From the IMG/VR virus record IMGVR_UViG_3300045988_126226, positions 67,035 to 131,034 of that record: a stretch of 64,000 bases of DNA, one strand, 5' to 3'. The notes under the pieces were generated by a model. That model did not search any database. It worked only from the letters and a program-made list of their open reading frames with translations, and had not been told where the DNA came from. Of this stretch, positions 11,126 through 23,009 are shown one piece after another (positions within the stretch are counted from its first letter, which is position 1; every line of letters starts with the position of its first letter). This DNA is from a virus. A program made the position numbers and the translations under genes.

Positions 11126-11965
11126 ATGAAAAGATATAAGATTTTAGCAGGAAGTATTATTTGTTTTGTATTAATTTTTATTTTACAAACATCAGCTCTT
11201 GCTTTAAATTATAGCGAAATTACTACTTTTTCGGAAGCTTACATCCCTTCTGAATCATCAACTGTATATAATTTCTTAACAGAAGAAACTGCTGATATGG
11301 AGCCTATGAGTAGAGAAATTAGCAATACAGTTAATCGTAAAGAACTTAAATCTCTGATCCAAGAATATCAAGAGATTGTAAATAGCGCTCATGACTTAGC
11401 CGAAGCAACAAGAGCACTAGGATATGATGAAAATCATCCTATTATTGAATTTGCTAAAAAAGAATATGAAACTGCTAATGAATATTTAGAAATTTATCAA
11501 AATCGTTTAAACGAAATTAATTCTCAATGGAATGATAAATTATCTACTTATCCAGTAGCGACAGAAATTTGGCTTTATATGAAAGACCAAGGTTGGAATG
11601 ACGCGGTTTGCGCGGGCATTTTAGGTAATATGATGGCGGAATGTGGCGGACATACCTTATCCTTACAGCCAACTGCTTCTAATAAATATTATTATGGAAT
11701 TTGTCAATGGAGTAAAGGATATCCAAGTGTTTGGTATTCTAATTTAGATTCACAATGTGAATTCTTAATAAATACTATTGAATATGAATTTAATACTTTT
11801 GGTTCTTCATATAAAAGAGGATTTAATTTTAATTCTTTTTTAAATTTAAATGACGAAAAAGAAGTTGCGAAAGCATTTGCGAAATGTTATGAGCGTTGCG
11901 GGTCAAGTTCTTTAAATCAAAGACAAAAGAATGCGACCATTGCTTATAATTATTTTACTAATTAA
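11126..11965 (+). CDS. Secreted lysozyme-like hydrolase (phage-tail-lysozyme-like motif)
   Basis: Signal peptide MKRYKILAGSIICFVLIFILQTSALA. Motif AGILGNMMAECGG...GICQW resembles the phage tail lysozyme domain family (from memory). Confidence 0.45.
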   Translation: MKRYKILAGSIICFVLIFILQTSALALNYSEITTFSEAYIPSESSTVYNFLTEETADMEPMSREISNTVNRKELKSLIQEYQEIVNSAHDLAEATRALGYDENHPIIEFAKKEYETANEYLEIYQNRLNEINSQWNDKLSTYPVATEIWLYMKDQGWNDAVCAGILGNMMAECGGHTLSLQPTASNKYYYGICQWSKGYPSVWYSNLDSQCEFLINTIEYEFNTFGSSYKRGFNFNSFLNLNDEKEVAKAFAKCYERCGSSSLNQRQKNATIAYNYFTN

Positions 11966-11969
11966 TTTT

Positions 11970-12005
11970 ATGGCTATATGAAGATTTATTTCTTCATATA
12001 GCCAT
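11970..12005 (+). terminator. Terminator hairpin
   Basis: atggctatatgaag / cttcatatagccat stem of about 13 bp. Confidence 0.55.
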
Positions 12006-12028
12006 TATTTTCATTTATGGAGTAAATT

Positions 12029-12472
12029 ATGGAAAAACTTAATTATTATGATAGCGATATCAATATGATATGGCAATCAAGCCCAGAGAAAAGTGGAGAA
12101 GCCCTTAAAAAGCTTTCAAGAACTTTAGCATCTTATAGTTATGAATACGAAAAAGCTAATGATGAAATAAATAATCAATTGGCTAAGTTAGGAATTTCTT
12201 CCGAAGAAAAATTATTTGATGTATTAAATAAATTAGCAGACATATGGATTAAAGCTTCCACTACTGGTTATAAAGAAGAAGGATACTGGCCCGAACCGGG
12301 GACAGACGAAGAAACCGACAAATCAAATGAAAAAAGTGATTTAGAAATTTTTGGGGAAAAACTTAAATCTGAAATTTTTTCTGAATCTAATCCGCATACA
12401 GAAACTATTTCTTTTGGACCTCCTATAACAATTGAAGCAGATAATACAGACAAAGAATTTATTATATTCTAA
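12029..12472 (+). CDS. Acidic hypothetical protein
   Basis: ORF with RBS. Confidence 0.4.
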   Translation: MEKLNYYDSDINMIWQSSPEKSGEALKKLSRTLASYSYEYEKANDEINNQLAKLGISSEEKLFDVLNKLADIWIKASTTGYKEEGYWPEPGTDEETDKSNEKSDLEIFGEKLKSEIFSESNPHTETISFGPPITIEADNTDKEFIIF

Positions 12473-12474
12473 AT

Positions 12475-12503
12475 TTGACTAAATAATTAAAATATGGTAT
12501 TAT
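12475..12503 (+). promoter_or_regulatory. Promoter TTGACT-17-TATTAT
   Basis: Hexamers with a 17-nt spacer. Confidence 0.45.
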
Positions 12504-12535
12504 ATAAATATAAATAAAGAAAGAAGAAAAATATT

Positions 12536-12850
12536 ATGGGTAGCTTATCTTTATGTTATAAAAAACTTTTGAGATCTTATATAGAATGGAATAGTTATTT
12601 AAGTAAATATTAGGAACAATTTTCAAAGGATTATTTACTTTCTTTAAATGAGGAAGAATTAGAATTTCTTGTAAAAAAATTTAATTAGAATCATAAAAAT
12701 TTTGCTTGTTTTGTCGCAGGTATAACTACTGCGAATTTTTTAAATAATTGTTGTAATGATGAAGTTAATGCTTGTGTCGGAGCTATTCCAATGTTATTTG
12801 AATTGTTTGATATAGATGAACCTGAAGATATTGATTTTAAAGAGGAATAA
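12536..12850 (+). CDS. Hypothetical protein (2 in-frame TAG)
   Basis: ATG 12536; frame open through TAGs to TAA 12848. Confidence 0.4.
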
Positions 12851-12853
12851 AGT

Positions 12854-13126
12854 ATGGATTTAAAAGAAATGATAGATAAAGCTCATAAATACGATAATAG
12901 TTTAGAATTTTTTAGTGAAAGAGAAAAACATACTAAAGGCTATATGTATGATAGTCTTTGTTATAGATACCAATTAGCTCGTTATAAAGCGATGGAAATG
13001 GATATAAATACATTTGCAATTGATTTAGGCTTAAAAGAAGCCGAAAGGAAAGCAAAAAGTTTATACGAAAGAGATTGTATGCGTTTTTACCAAATTCTTG
13101 ATGAAGCAATTGGAGAACATGATTAA
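12854..13126 (+). CDS. Hypothetical protein
   Basis: ORF. Confidence 0.4.
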   Translation: MDLKEMIDKAHKYDNSLEFFSEREKHTKGYMYDSLCYRYQLARYKAMEMDINTFAIDLGLKEAERKAKSLYERDCMRFYQILDEAIGEHD

Positions 13127-13347
13127 TGTGGATTTACTGGAAAGAACAATGTAATTATTGTTCTAATTATGAAAATTGTTCTTATTATAATAAAGCTCAA
13201 GAATTAATTTCTAAATTAGATAACATAGATAAACATACGACAGGTGTTTATGGAACATTAAAATGGGCTTGTGATTATTTTATAGTTGATGAAAATAAAT
13301 ATTATAGATTAAACCCTGGAGAGTGTGAAAATGGAATTAACTCGTAA
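13126..13347 (+). CDS. Cys-rich small protein
   Basis: ORF. Confidence 0.35.
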   Translation: MWIYWKEQCNYCSNYENCSYYNKAQELISKLDNIDKHTTGVYGTLKWACDYFIVDENKYYRLNPGECENGINS

Positions 13348-13420
13348 ACAAGAAGAAGGATTGAAAATCGCGGTTGAGCGCTATTATGCCCATGAGCGTT
13401 GGACTTGTATAGCGGGGTAA
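13331..13420 (+). pseudogene. Orphan copy of the RecD-like helicase N-terminus (29 codons)
   Basis: MELTRKQEEGLKIAVERYYAHERWTCIAG is a diverged duplicate of the segment at 13979-14071. Confidence 0.45.
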
Positions 13421-13479
13421 AATTTTTGACAAAATCCGATAATACACTTAGAACCTTTCTTATATATTTATGAAAGGCG

Positions 13480-13995
13480 ATGATAAAATTGAAATTAATT
13501 TGTAATTTTTGTGGAAAAGAATTTGATGCTAAACGAAAAGATGCTAAATATTGTAGTGACAGTTGTAGGAATAAAGCATCAAGATATAATAGAGGTTTAG
13601 TAGGAAAAACCTGTTTAATTTGTGGGGAAAAATTTTCTCCATTGACTAAATCAGCTAATAAACGAAAAATTTGTTATAATTGTGTTCCCAATGGAGAAAC
13701 AATTACTAGAAGTAAATTTGTTGAACTTATTAAGACTAAAATGTATGATGGTAAATGTCATAGATGCGGATATAATAAATGTGTAGCCGCTTTGGAATTT
13801 CATCATATTGACCCAAGTAAAAAAGATACTATTGTTTCTTCTGATTCAATTACAATAGAAAAAGCAATTGAAGAGAGTAAAAAATGTGTCTTATTATGTT
13901 CTAATTGTCATAAAGAATTCCATGCGGGATTATGGAATTTAAATGAATTAGATTTTAATGAAATGGAGGAAGTAAAACTTGATTCTAACCCGTAA
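13480..13995 (+). CDS. HNH homing-endonuclease-like protein with N-terminal zinc fingers
   Basis: HNH motif CHRCGY...EFHHIDP...CSNCHKEFH; own RBS and promoter-like TTGACA upstream. Confidence 0.65.
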   Translation: MIKLKLICNFCGKEFDAKRKDAKYCSDSCRNKASRYNRGLVGKTCLICGEKFSPLTKSANKRKICYNCVPNGETITRSKFVELIKTKMYDGKCHRCGYNKCVAALEFHHIDPSKKDTIVSSDSITIEKAIEESKKCVLLCSNCHKEFHAGLWNLNELDFNEMEEVKLDSNP

Positions 13996-15177
13996 GCAAG
14001 AAGAAGGTTTGAAAATTGCTGTAGCCAGATACAAAAGTAATGAACATTACACTTGTATTGCTGGCTACGCCTAACCGGAAGCGGAAAGAGCACTTTGATT
14101 AAATTTATTATTTCTGCCCTTGACGTCGATCCAGAAGAAGAAGTTTGCTATGTCGCATTTACAGGTAAAGCCGCAACCGTGCTCCAACAGAAAGGATGCC
14201 CTAACGCGACGACCGCGCACAAACTCTTATATAAAGCCAAAATGATGGCTAATGGAACCTTTAAATTTTTTCCAAAAGATAACAGTGAATTAGCTCAATA
14301 TAAAGTAATCGTTGTTGATGAAGTGTCAATGTTGCCTAAGAAATTATGGGATCTAATGTTAACTCACGGTATTTATATTATCGCGGCTGGAGATCCCGGT
14401 CAATTGCCTCCTGTAGATCCTAATGAAAATAATCATGTATTAGATAAACCACATATTTTTCTCGATGAAATTATGCGTCAAGCGCAAGATAGTGAGATTA
14501 TTCGTTTCTCAATGTGGATTAGAGAAGGTAAATCTTTAATTTCTTATCGTCCAGAAGGGAAACAAGTGAGAGTATATGATAAAAGTCAAGTTATACCTGA
14601 AATGTATGATTGGGCTGATTAGATCATTTGTGCTAAAAATGCTACAAGAACTAAAATTAATAATGTAGTCCGATTAAGAAAAGGATTTGATCCTAATGTC
14701 CCTCAAATAGGGGATAAAATTATTGGATTACATAATAACTGGGATTTTATGTCTGAAAATCGAGTATGGGCTTTAACTAATGGCACTGTTGGAACTATTG
14801 AAGATTTTTATACAGAGGATATTCGAGTTCCTTATTATATTTCAGAAGTTCCTATTACTTATATGTTTACTCAAATTGTTTTAAGCGATGGAGATAAATT
14901 TTGTGGGACTCCAATTGATTATAAACAACTTATCACCGGTGAAGGGACTCTTACGGGTAGCCAATGCTATCAATTAAGAAATAATAAACAATGCCTCGAT
15001 CCTCCACTTGATTTTTCCTATGCTTATGCTATTACCTGTTGGAAAGCGCAAGGTAGTGAATATGGAAAAGTATTAGGATTTGAAGAAAATCATCCTTTTG
15101 ATCGAGAAGAACATAAAAAATATTTATATACTATGGCTACTAGAGCCAGTGATAAATTAGTAATTATAAGGAAGTAA
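13979..15177 (+). CDS. RecD/Pif1-like helicase; apparent -1 frameshift near 14070 and one TAG at 14620
   Basis: TTG 13979 with RBS ggagga. Walker A LTGSGKST. Motifs VIVVDEVSM, AAGDPGQLPPV, and C-terminal WKAQGSEY...YTMATRAS match the UvrD_C_2 / AAA_30 pattern. Frame is continuous across TAG into ORF 14749..15177. Confidence 0.55.
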
Positions 15178-15217
15178 TAAATGAAAAAAAATATTATCAA
15201 TAGATTTTGATATTATA

Positions 15218-15830
15218 ATGTCTCCTTGTATTCAACTTTACAATAATTATTCAACTGATGATTGGGAAGCATTATGTTCTCATTTTGAAATTTTAAAATT
15301 TGCTAAACCTGATTATATCCATTTTAAAAGGCTTTTACAACTTTTATTAAAATTAAGTAAAAGTATGAAAAAAGAAAATATTCATTTTATTGTTTCACAT
15401 GAAATGATTGCTACTTATGTTGATAAGAATATAGATGATACTATATCTTTAATTAATATAGATCATCATCATGATATTGCTTACACCGATAAAGACATTG
15501 AAAATAAAATTGAAGATTTAAATTGCGGAAATTGGGTAAAATATCTATCTGAAAAGGCAAATTAGAAAATTATGTTTGGATTAGAAATGAAGATTCAACT
15601 AATTATCCAGAAGATAGAAAATTTAATTTTTCATCTACTCCTATTATAGAGTGTAATTTAGGAACGATTGATACTCCTGATGAACTATTTATTTGTTTAT
15701 CGCCCCAATGGATTCCACCTCATTTAAGATGTCTTTTTTATATTGTTATAGATATATTTAATAGTATTTATGATACTGAATTTAGAGTTCAAGGAGACGA
15801 AGAAGATAATGGTAGATACATCTAATTTAA
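15218..15830 (+). CDS. Hypothetical protein; two frames (possible -1 frameshift near 15550-15566, or two ORFs or a pseudogene)
   Basis: ORF 15218..15565 ends at TAG. A protein-like ORF continues in the -1 frame from 15553 to TAA 15828 without a start codon. Confidence 0.3.
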
Positions 15831-16071
15831 ATTCAAGTATTAATGCTATACTTGAAAATAATATGTTTCTTAAGGACGCGGATTTAGCTTAGGATTTAAA
15901 TTCTAATTTAGAACTTTTTACCCATGACTTAAATGTAGAATTAGATGCGTTAAATTCTATGATTTGTGATAATATAAATAAGATATCAACTCGGTCAAGA
16001 GATTTTGCTGATTTTTTAAAAGATATTCGTAGTATATGCGATAATTATATCTCTCGATTTGATTATTATTA
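15808..16071 (+). CDS. Hypothetical protein (1 TAG)
   Basis: ATG 15808; frame open through TAG 15889 to TAA 16069. Confidence 0.4.
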
Positions 16072-16097
16072 AATAATATGATAATATATAAATATAA

Positions 16098-19000
16098 ATG
16101 AAAGATGAAAGGAATGTGCGAATGAGATCATATTTCGGGATTCACAATCATACAATGTATTCAAATTTACGTCTATTAGATTGTATTAATAGACCGCAAG
16201 CTCTTATTGACAAAGCGATAGAATTAGGCCTATCAGGAATAACTATTACAGACCATGAATGCCTTTCTGCGCATATGGAAGTAAATCAATATGCAAAAAA
16301 AATAAGAGAAGAAAATCCTGATTTTACTATTGCTCTTGGTAATGAAATTTATCTCACTGATACAAGAGATAACGGACAAAAATATTACCACTTTATTCTT
16401 ATTGCTAAAGATGCCATCGGACATAAAGCATTAAGAGAATTAAGTTCTATTGCTTGGATTCATAGTTATGTTGATAGACGTATGGAACGAGTTCCTACTT
16501 TAAAAAGTGAACTTGAAATGGTAATGGAACAATATAAAGGACATGTTATAGCAACAACTGCTTGTATTGGTGGAGAACTTGGTAGCTGTATTTTACCAAT
16601 GTTCCAAGCAGAATTAAATAAAGATATTGAAACTCAAACTAAATATTATAATCAAATAATTGATTATATTAATTTTTGTATTAAAGTATTTGGAAAAGAT
16701 GATTTTTATCTTGAATGTGCGCCATCTACTGATGCCGAGCAAATAATTGTAAATCATAAAATTTATCAAATTGCCAAGGCATTTGATTTAAAAATGGTAA
16801 TTGGAACAGATGCGCATTATTTAACTAAAGAAGATAGACCCATTCATAAAGCATATCTTACTTCTAAGCCAGGAGAAAGAGAAGTTGACGATTTTTATAA
16901 ATTTACTTACTTAATGACAAGTGATGAAATTTTTGAATTAATGGAACCTTATGCTAATGATTGGGATAAAGATAATAAAACAGGAAAAGAATTGATAAAT
17001 TGGATTCTTGATAACACTCAAGAGATCCAAAATAAAATTTCTTTTTATTCATTAGAAAGAAAACAAATTATTCCAAAAGTTGAAGTAAAGGATTATAAGA
17101 AAGGATTCATTCCTTCAAATTGGTTTGATAAATATCCAATTATCTGTTCTTTAATTAATAGCGACAATATTCAAGAACGATATTGGGTAAACGAATGTAT
17201 TAAAGCTTTACAAGAAAAGCAACTTTATGATAATAAAAATTATTTAGAGCGACTTGAAATTGAAGCTGATATTATAAAAGATATCGGCGAAAAATTAGAT
17301 GACTGTCTTTTTGCTTATTTTAATACTTTCCAACATTATATTAATTTATTTTGGGAATGTGGAAGTATCGTAGGTCCTGGGCGAGGTTCTGCAACTGGCT
17401 TTTTATCTAATTATCTTTTAGGTATTACTCAATTAGACCCAATTCGTTGGGGACTTCCTTATTGGAGATTTTTAAATAAGGAGCGCGCAGAATTGCCTGA
17501 TATTGATATTGACCTTGCCCCAAGCAAACGTCCTGCGATTTTCAAAGCAATTAGAAAAGAACGTGGAGAATTGGGATTGGTTCAAGTTGCTACATTTGGA
17601 ACTGAAGGCACTAAACAAAGTATTTTAACTGCTTGCCGTGGATATAGAAGTAAAGAATTTCCAGAAGGAATTGATGTTGATAATGCTCAATATATGTCTT
17701 CATTAATTCCCCAAGAACGTGGATTTTTATGGCCTATCCATGATGTTATTTATGGTAATGAGGAAAAAGATCGTAAACCTGTTCAAGCATTTATTCGAGA
17801 AGTAAATCAATATCCTGGTCTTTTGGATATTATTGTATATATTGAAGGAATGGTTAATAAACGTTCTTCTCATGCTTCTGGCGTTATTTTATATGGCGAC
17901 GATCCATTTGATACTGCATCATTTATGAGAACTCCTAGTGGAGATATGATTACTTGTTGGGATCTTCATAAAGCGGAAGCCGCTGGAGATACAAAATATG
18001 ACTTCCTTGTAACTGAAGCTTCTGATAAAATTATTACTTGTTATCAATTACTTCTAAAAGATAAGTAGGTTCCAGAATTATCTTTACGAGAATTTTATAA
18101 TAAATATATTCATCCAGAAGTAATAGATACAACTGATCAAGCAATTTGGGACCATCTTGCCGCCGGTGATGTATTAGATGTATTCCAATTTTCTACGGGA
18201 GTTGGTTTAGCGATAGCGAAACGTCTTAAACCCCAAGACCCTATGGAAATGACAGCAGCAAATGCTATGATGCGTCTTATGTCTGAAAAAGGTAAGGAAT
18301 CACAGCAAGATAGATATTATCGCATTCAACATTCGGGTATTAAAATATTTGATGATGAAATGAAGGCTCAACATCTTCCACAAGAATTAATTGATAAGAT
18401 GCATAAGCATTGTGATAAATATTATGGATGTTGTCCTATTCAAGAGCAAATGATGGAAATTCTTATGGATGTAGCTCATTTTACTCTTGGTGAAGCTAAT
18501 ACTGCGCGTAAGATTGTTGCTAAAAAGCAAATGGCTAAAATTCCACAATTGAGAGAACAAGTATTTAGTAAATTTGATAATGAAAAATCTGCTGAATACT
18601 TTTGGGAAATCGCAGTTGCTCCTCAATTAGGATATGCATTTAGTCTTAATCATTCTCTTCCTTATTCATTTGTAGCAATTCAAATGATTTACTTAGTAAT
18701 TCATTTTAATCCTATCTATTGGGATACCGCTTGCTTAATTGTTAATAGCGGTTCCCTTGAAGATAATAGTGAAGAAGAGATTGTAGATATTTATGCTCCT
18801 GAAGGTGATGATTTAGCTAATGGAGCAACATTTGAAGATCTTCCTGACAAAAGCGGCAAAATCCGCAAAACCGCGGCTACTGATTATGGAAAAATTGCTA
18901 AGGCCATTAGTGATATTCAAAAAGCAGGAATTGAAGTAGGTCTTCCTGATATTAACAAATCTAAATTTGGATTTGCTCCTGATATTGAAAATAATAAAAT

Positions 19001-20111
19001 TCTTTTCGGATTAAAAGGTATGCTGAATGTTGGTGATGAATTAGTTAATACAATCATTGCCAATCGTCCTTATTCAAATCCTAAAGAATTTTTATACCGT
19101 ATTAAGCCAGGTAAACAAGCTATGATTTCTCTTATTAAAGGTGGAGCCTTTGATAATATGATGGATAGAAAAGAATTAATGATTTGGTATATTTGGGAAA
19201 CCTGCGACAAAAAGAAAAGAATTACTCTTCAAAATATGGGCGGACTTATGAAGTATGATCTTCTTCCAGAAGAAAATGAAAATCAAATTATGGCTCGCCG
19301 TATTTATGAATTTAATAGATATTTAAAAGCAATTTGTAAAACTACAAAAAATAATGGTCTATATCAACTTGATGAACGAGCCATTAATTTTTTAATAGAA
19401 ATTGGAGAAGATAATAATATTCAATTTGATGGAACTAATTATTCTTTAAGCGAAAATGTTTGGAATGGTATATACCAAAAGTGGATGGATATATTTCGCA
19501 CTTGGATTGCTAATAATAAAGATGAAATTTTGAATAATCTGAATATAAAAATATTTAAAGATGATTGGGATAAATACGCTAATAAAAATAATTTATCCGC
19601 TTGGGAAATGGAAGTTCTTTGTTATTATTATCATACTCATGAATTAAACAATATTAACAATGATAAATATGGATTTGTGGATTTCTTTAAACTTCCAGAA
19701 GAACCAATAGTTGACAGAAGTTTTACTAAAGGAAATCATACTATTCATATTTATAAGTTATTTAAAATTTGCGGGACTTGTATTGCCAAAAATAAAACTA
19801 AAAGCACTGTAACCATTCTTACTACTACTGGTCCTGTAGAAGTAAAGTTTAGAAAAGAATATTTTAGTTTATTTGATAAACAAATTTCAGAGCGCGGCGC
19901 GGACGGAACTAAACATATTGTTGAAAAATCTTGGTTTAATCGCGGAAATATGATTGTAGTCTCTGGAATTCGTAATGGAGATAATTTCATGTCAAAAAAA
20001 TATGCTTCTTCTGGAGGACATCAATTATATAAAATTGATGAAATTTTATCCAATGGTGATTTGGTTTTAAAAGATGCTCGTTATCAAGGAGGAATTGAAG
20101 AAGATGTATAA
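16098..20111 (+). CDS. dnaE: DNA polymerase III alpha subunit (DnaE-type), single in-frame TAG
   Basis: PHP domain HNHTMYS...TDHEC at the N-terminus. The conserved GDV.DVFQF..G motif continues directly after TAG 18066-68 in the same frame. Together the ORFs 16098..18068 and 18243..20111 give about 1337 aa. Confidence 0.8.
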
Positions 20112-20679
20112 AATTATTGCATTATGTGGAAAATCTGGTGCAGGAAAAGATAGCCTAATGATGGCTACCTTTTCCCACTTAGAGGAATATCTAAATCCTA
20201 TTATAAGCCACACTACACGCCCAAAGCGTGAAAAAGAAATAGCAGACAAAAATTATCATTTTGTTTCAGATGATCAGTTTTTAACTTTAATTGATGAAAA
20301 TAAAATGTTAGAAACCACTTCTTTTAATAATTGGTATTATGGCACAAGTATTGATAGTTTGTCTGATAGTAAAGTTAATATTGGTGTTTTTAATCCTGAA
20401 GGAATTATAAGTCTTCTTAAAGATAATCGAATTGAATTAGAAATATATTATATTACTGCGAAAGGAAAAACTCGCTTAATTAGGCAATTAAACAGAGAAG
20501 AAAATCCTGACGTAGATGAAATTATTAGAAGATATACTGCTGATGAAATTCAATTTCAGCTAATAAATGATATTAAGTGCAATATTGTGACAAATGAAAC
20601 ATTAGAAGATTATAATAATATTGTTAATCTTCTAACTCAAAGGGTTAAACAATGGGCGGAAATGGACCAAGATAAATAA
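20074..20679 (+). CDS. gmk: Guanylate-kinase-like nucleotide kinase
   Basis: P-loop GKSGAGKDSL and TTRPKREKE..NYHFVS signature. Confidence 0.5.
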   Translation: MLVIKEELKKMYKIIALCGKSGAGKDSLMMATFSHLEEYLNPIISHTTRPKREKEIADKNYHFVSDDQFLTLIDENKMLETTSFNNWYYGTSIDSLSDSKVNIGVFNPEGIISLLKDNRIELEIYYITAKGKTRLIRQLNREENPDVDEIIRRYTADEIQFQLINDIKCNIVTNETLEDYNNIVNLLTQRVKQWAEMDQDK

Positions 20680-20756
20680 TTATTTACTAACAAAACCTAA
20701 ATATAGTAGAATATTCTAAAAGAACTACTATATTTAGTTTGGAGGCAAAAAAATTG

Positions 20757-23009
20757 TATATTATTAAACGTGATGGAAGTATAACTCAATTTAATAAAAA
20801 GAAAATTATTAACGCAATAAATAAAGCATTTATTGAAGTTGATGGTAAACTATATGAAGATGATACTGCGAAAGATATCGCGGAAGACATTGAAAGACAA
20901 ATAAATCATTTCCCCGATGGAAGTGTTGGAGTAGAAGATCTTCAAGATTGGATTGAAGATTATTTAATGCGTTCTGAGCGACGTGATGTTGCTCGTGCTT
21001 ATATCAGATATAGATATAAAAAAGAAGTTGCTCGTAATAAAAAAGATGATTTTATTAAAGCAATTCGTGAAAAGCTCGATGGTAATAATGTAAAAAATCA
21101 AAATGCTAATGTCGATGAACATTCATTCGGTGGCCGCATAGGTGAAGCAAGTAGTGTTGTCACCAAACAACTTGCACTTGATTACTTACTTTCCCCTATG
21201 GCTCGTAAGAATCATATTGATAATATGATATATACTCACGATCTTGATTCTTATTATGTCGGCTCTCATAACTGTTTAAGTATTCCTTTTGATAATTTGC
21301 TTGCTAATGGATTTAATACTCGTCAAGCCGATGTTCGTCCTGCGGGTTCAATTAATACAGCATTTCAATTAATTGCTGTTATTTTTCAAATCCAAAGTCT
21401 TTGTTAGTTTGGCGGAGTTAGTGCCACTCACTTAGATTGGACTATGGTTCCTTATGTAAGAAAATCTTTCTTTAAACATTTCAATGATGGTATTGAATTT
21501 TTATATGAAGGATTAGATATGAGTAAATATGATGGTTGTTATAGTAAAGAAACTCCTATTGATGATGATTTTTATAAATCATTTCCAAAAGCATATAAAT
21601 ATGCTATGAAAATGACTACTCGCGAAACTCATCAAGCTGCAGAAGGTCTTTATCATAATCTTAATACTTTACAATCTCGTAGTGGTAATCAATTACCATT
21701 TACAAGTATTAACTATGGCACTTGCACTAAACCTGAAGGTAGAATGGTAACTAAGGCGTTATTAGATGTTTCTATTGAAGGTCTTGGTAAATTACATAAA
21801 ACTTCAATTTTTCCTTGTGGAATTTTCCAATGTATGAAAGGTGTTAATCGCAAATCAGGTGATCCTAATTATGACTTATATAGATTAGCATTAGAAAGCA
21901 CCGCGAGACGCCTTTATCCTAATTACGCAAATGTTGATTGGTCTGGTAATGCAGGATATGATATTAATGATCCTCGCACTTATTTTTCTACAATGGGATG
22001 TAGAACTGCAAATGGTTGGGATATTAATGGATTCGGTCAACTTAAAGATGGACGTGGAAATATTTGTCCTGTTACTATTATTCTTCCTACTCTTGCGATG
22101 ATGGCTGTTACTCTAAATGAAAATGATAATTGGGATGATTATAAGTCGTTATCCCAAGAGGAACGGACTAAAATTGGCATAGAACGATTTATGTCTTTAC
22201 TTGATAGAAAAATCAATGAAGCACGTATTCAATTAATGGAACGTTTTGAGTGGATTTGCTCTCAAGATCCAGGTTCCGCGAAATTTATGTATGAAAATAA
22301 CGTTATGGCAGGCTATATTCCAGAAGAGGGAATTCGTTCTGCTCTTAAGCATGGAACTCTTGCTATTGGTCAATTAGGTTTAGCTGAAACTCTTCAAATT
22401 CTTATTGGTAAAGATCACACCACTTCAGAAGGAATGGAATTAGCTAAACAAATTGAACAATTATTTAAAGAAAGATGCGCTGAATATAAAGAAAAATATA
22501 AATTAAATTTTGGTGTATACTATACTCCAGCAGAAAATCTTTGTTATACAGCTATGACGAAATTTAAAGAAAGGTATGGAATTATCCCTAATGTTAGTGA
22601 TAGAGAATTTTTCACTAACAGTATCCATGTTCCAGTGTGGAAAGAAATGAGTCCATTTGAAAAAATTGATATTGAATCTGAGCTGACTGGTTATTCATCC
22701 GCAGGATGTATTACCTATGTCGAACTTGATTCTACTGTAAAACATAATATTGATGCTCTTGAAACTATTGTCAATTATGCGATGGATCACGATATTCCTT
22801 ATTTCGCAGTAAACGTTCCTAATGATACTTGCCTTGAATGTGGTTATTGTGATGAATTTAATGATTCTTGCCCTGTGTGCGGGAGTCACAATATTCAGCA
22901 ATTACGTCGTGTAACTGGCTATCTTACGGGCAATTATAAAACTGCTTTTAACTGGGGTAAACAAAAAGAGGTTGAAGCAAGAGTAAAACATACAGGAGCA
23001 TTAGAATGA
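20757..23009 (+). CDS. nrdD: Anaerobic ribonucleoside-triphosphate reductase NrdD (ATP-cone + glycine radical), one TAG
   Basis: ATP-cone IIKRDGS..F...KI..AI. TAG 21405-07 joins in frame to the body. Cys cluster CLECGYC..C.VCG and C-terminal RVTGY glycine-radical motif are present. Confidence 0.75.

Noticed and set aside
18069-18242. Possible intein or intron splitting dnaE between ORFs 16098..18068 and 18243..20111
   Set aside because: The two ORFs are in the same frame, separated by a single TAG. The 58 codons between them encode the conserved DnaE GDVLDVFQF segment, so TAG read-through is sufficient and no intervening element is needed.
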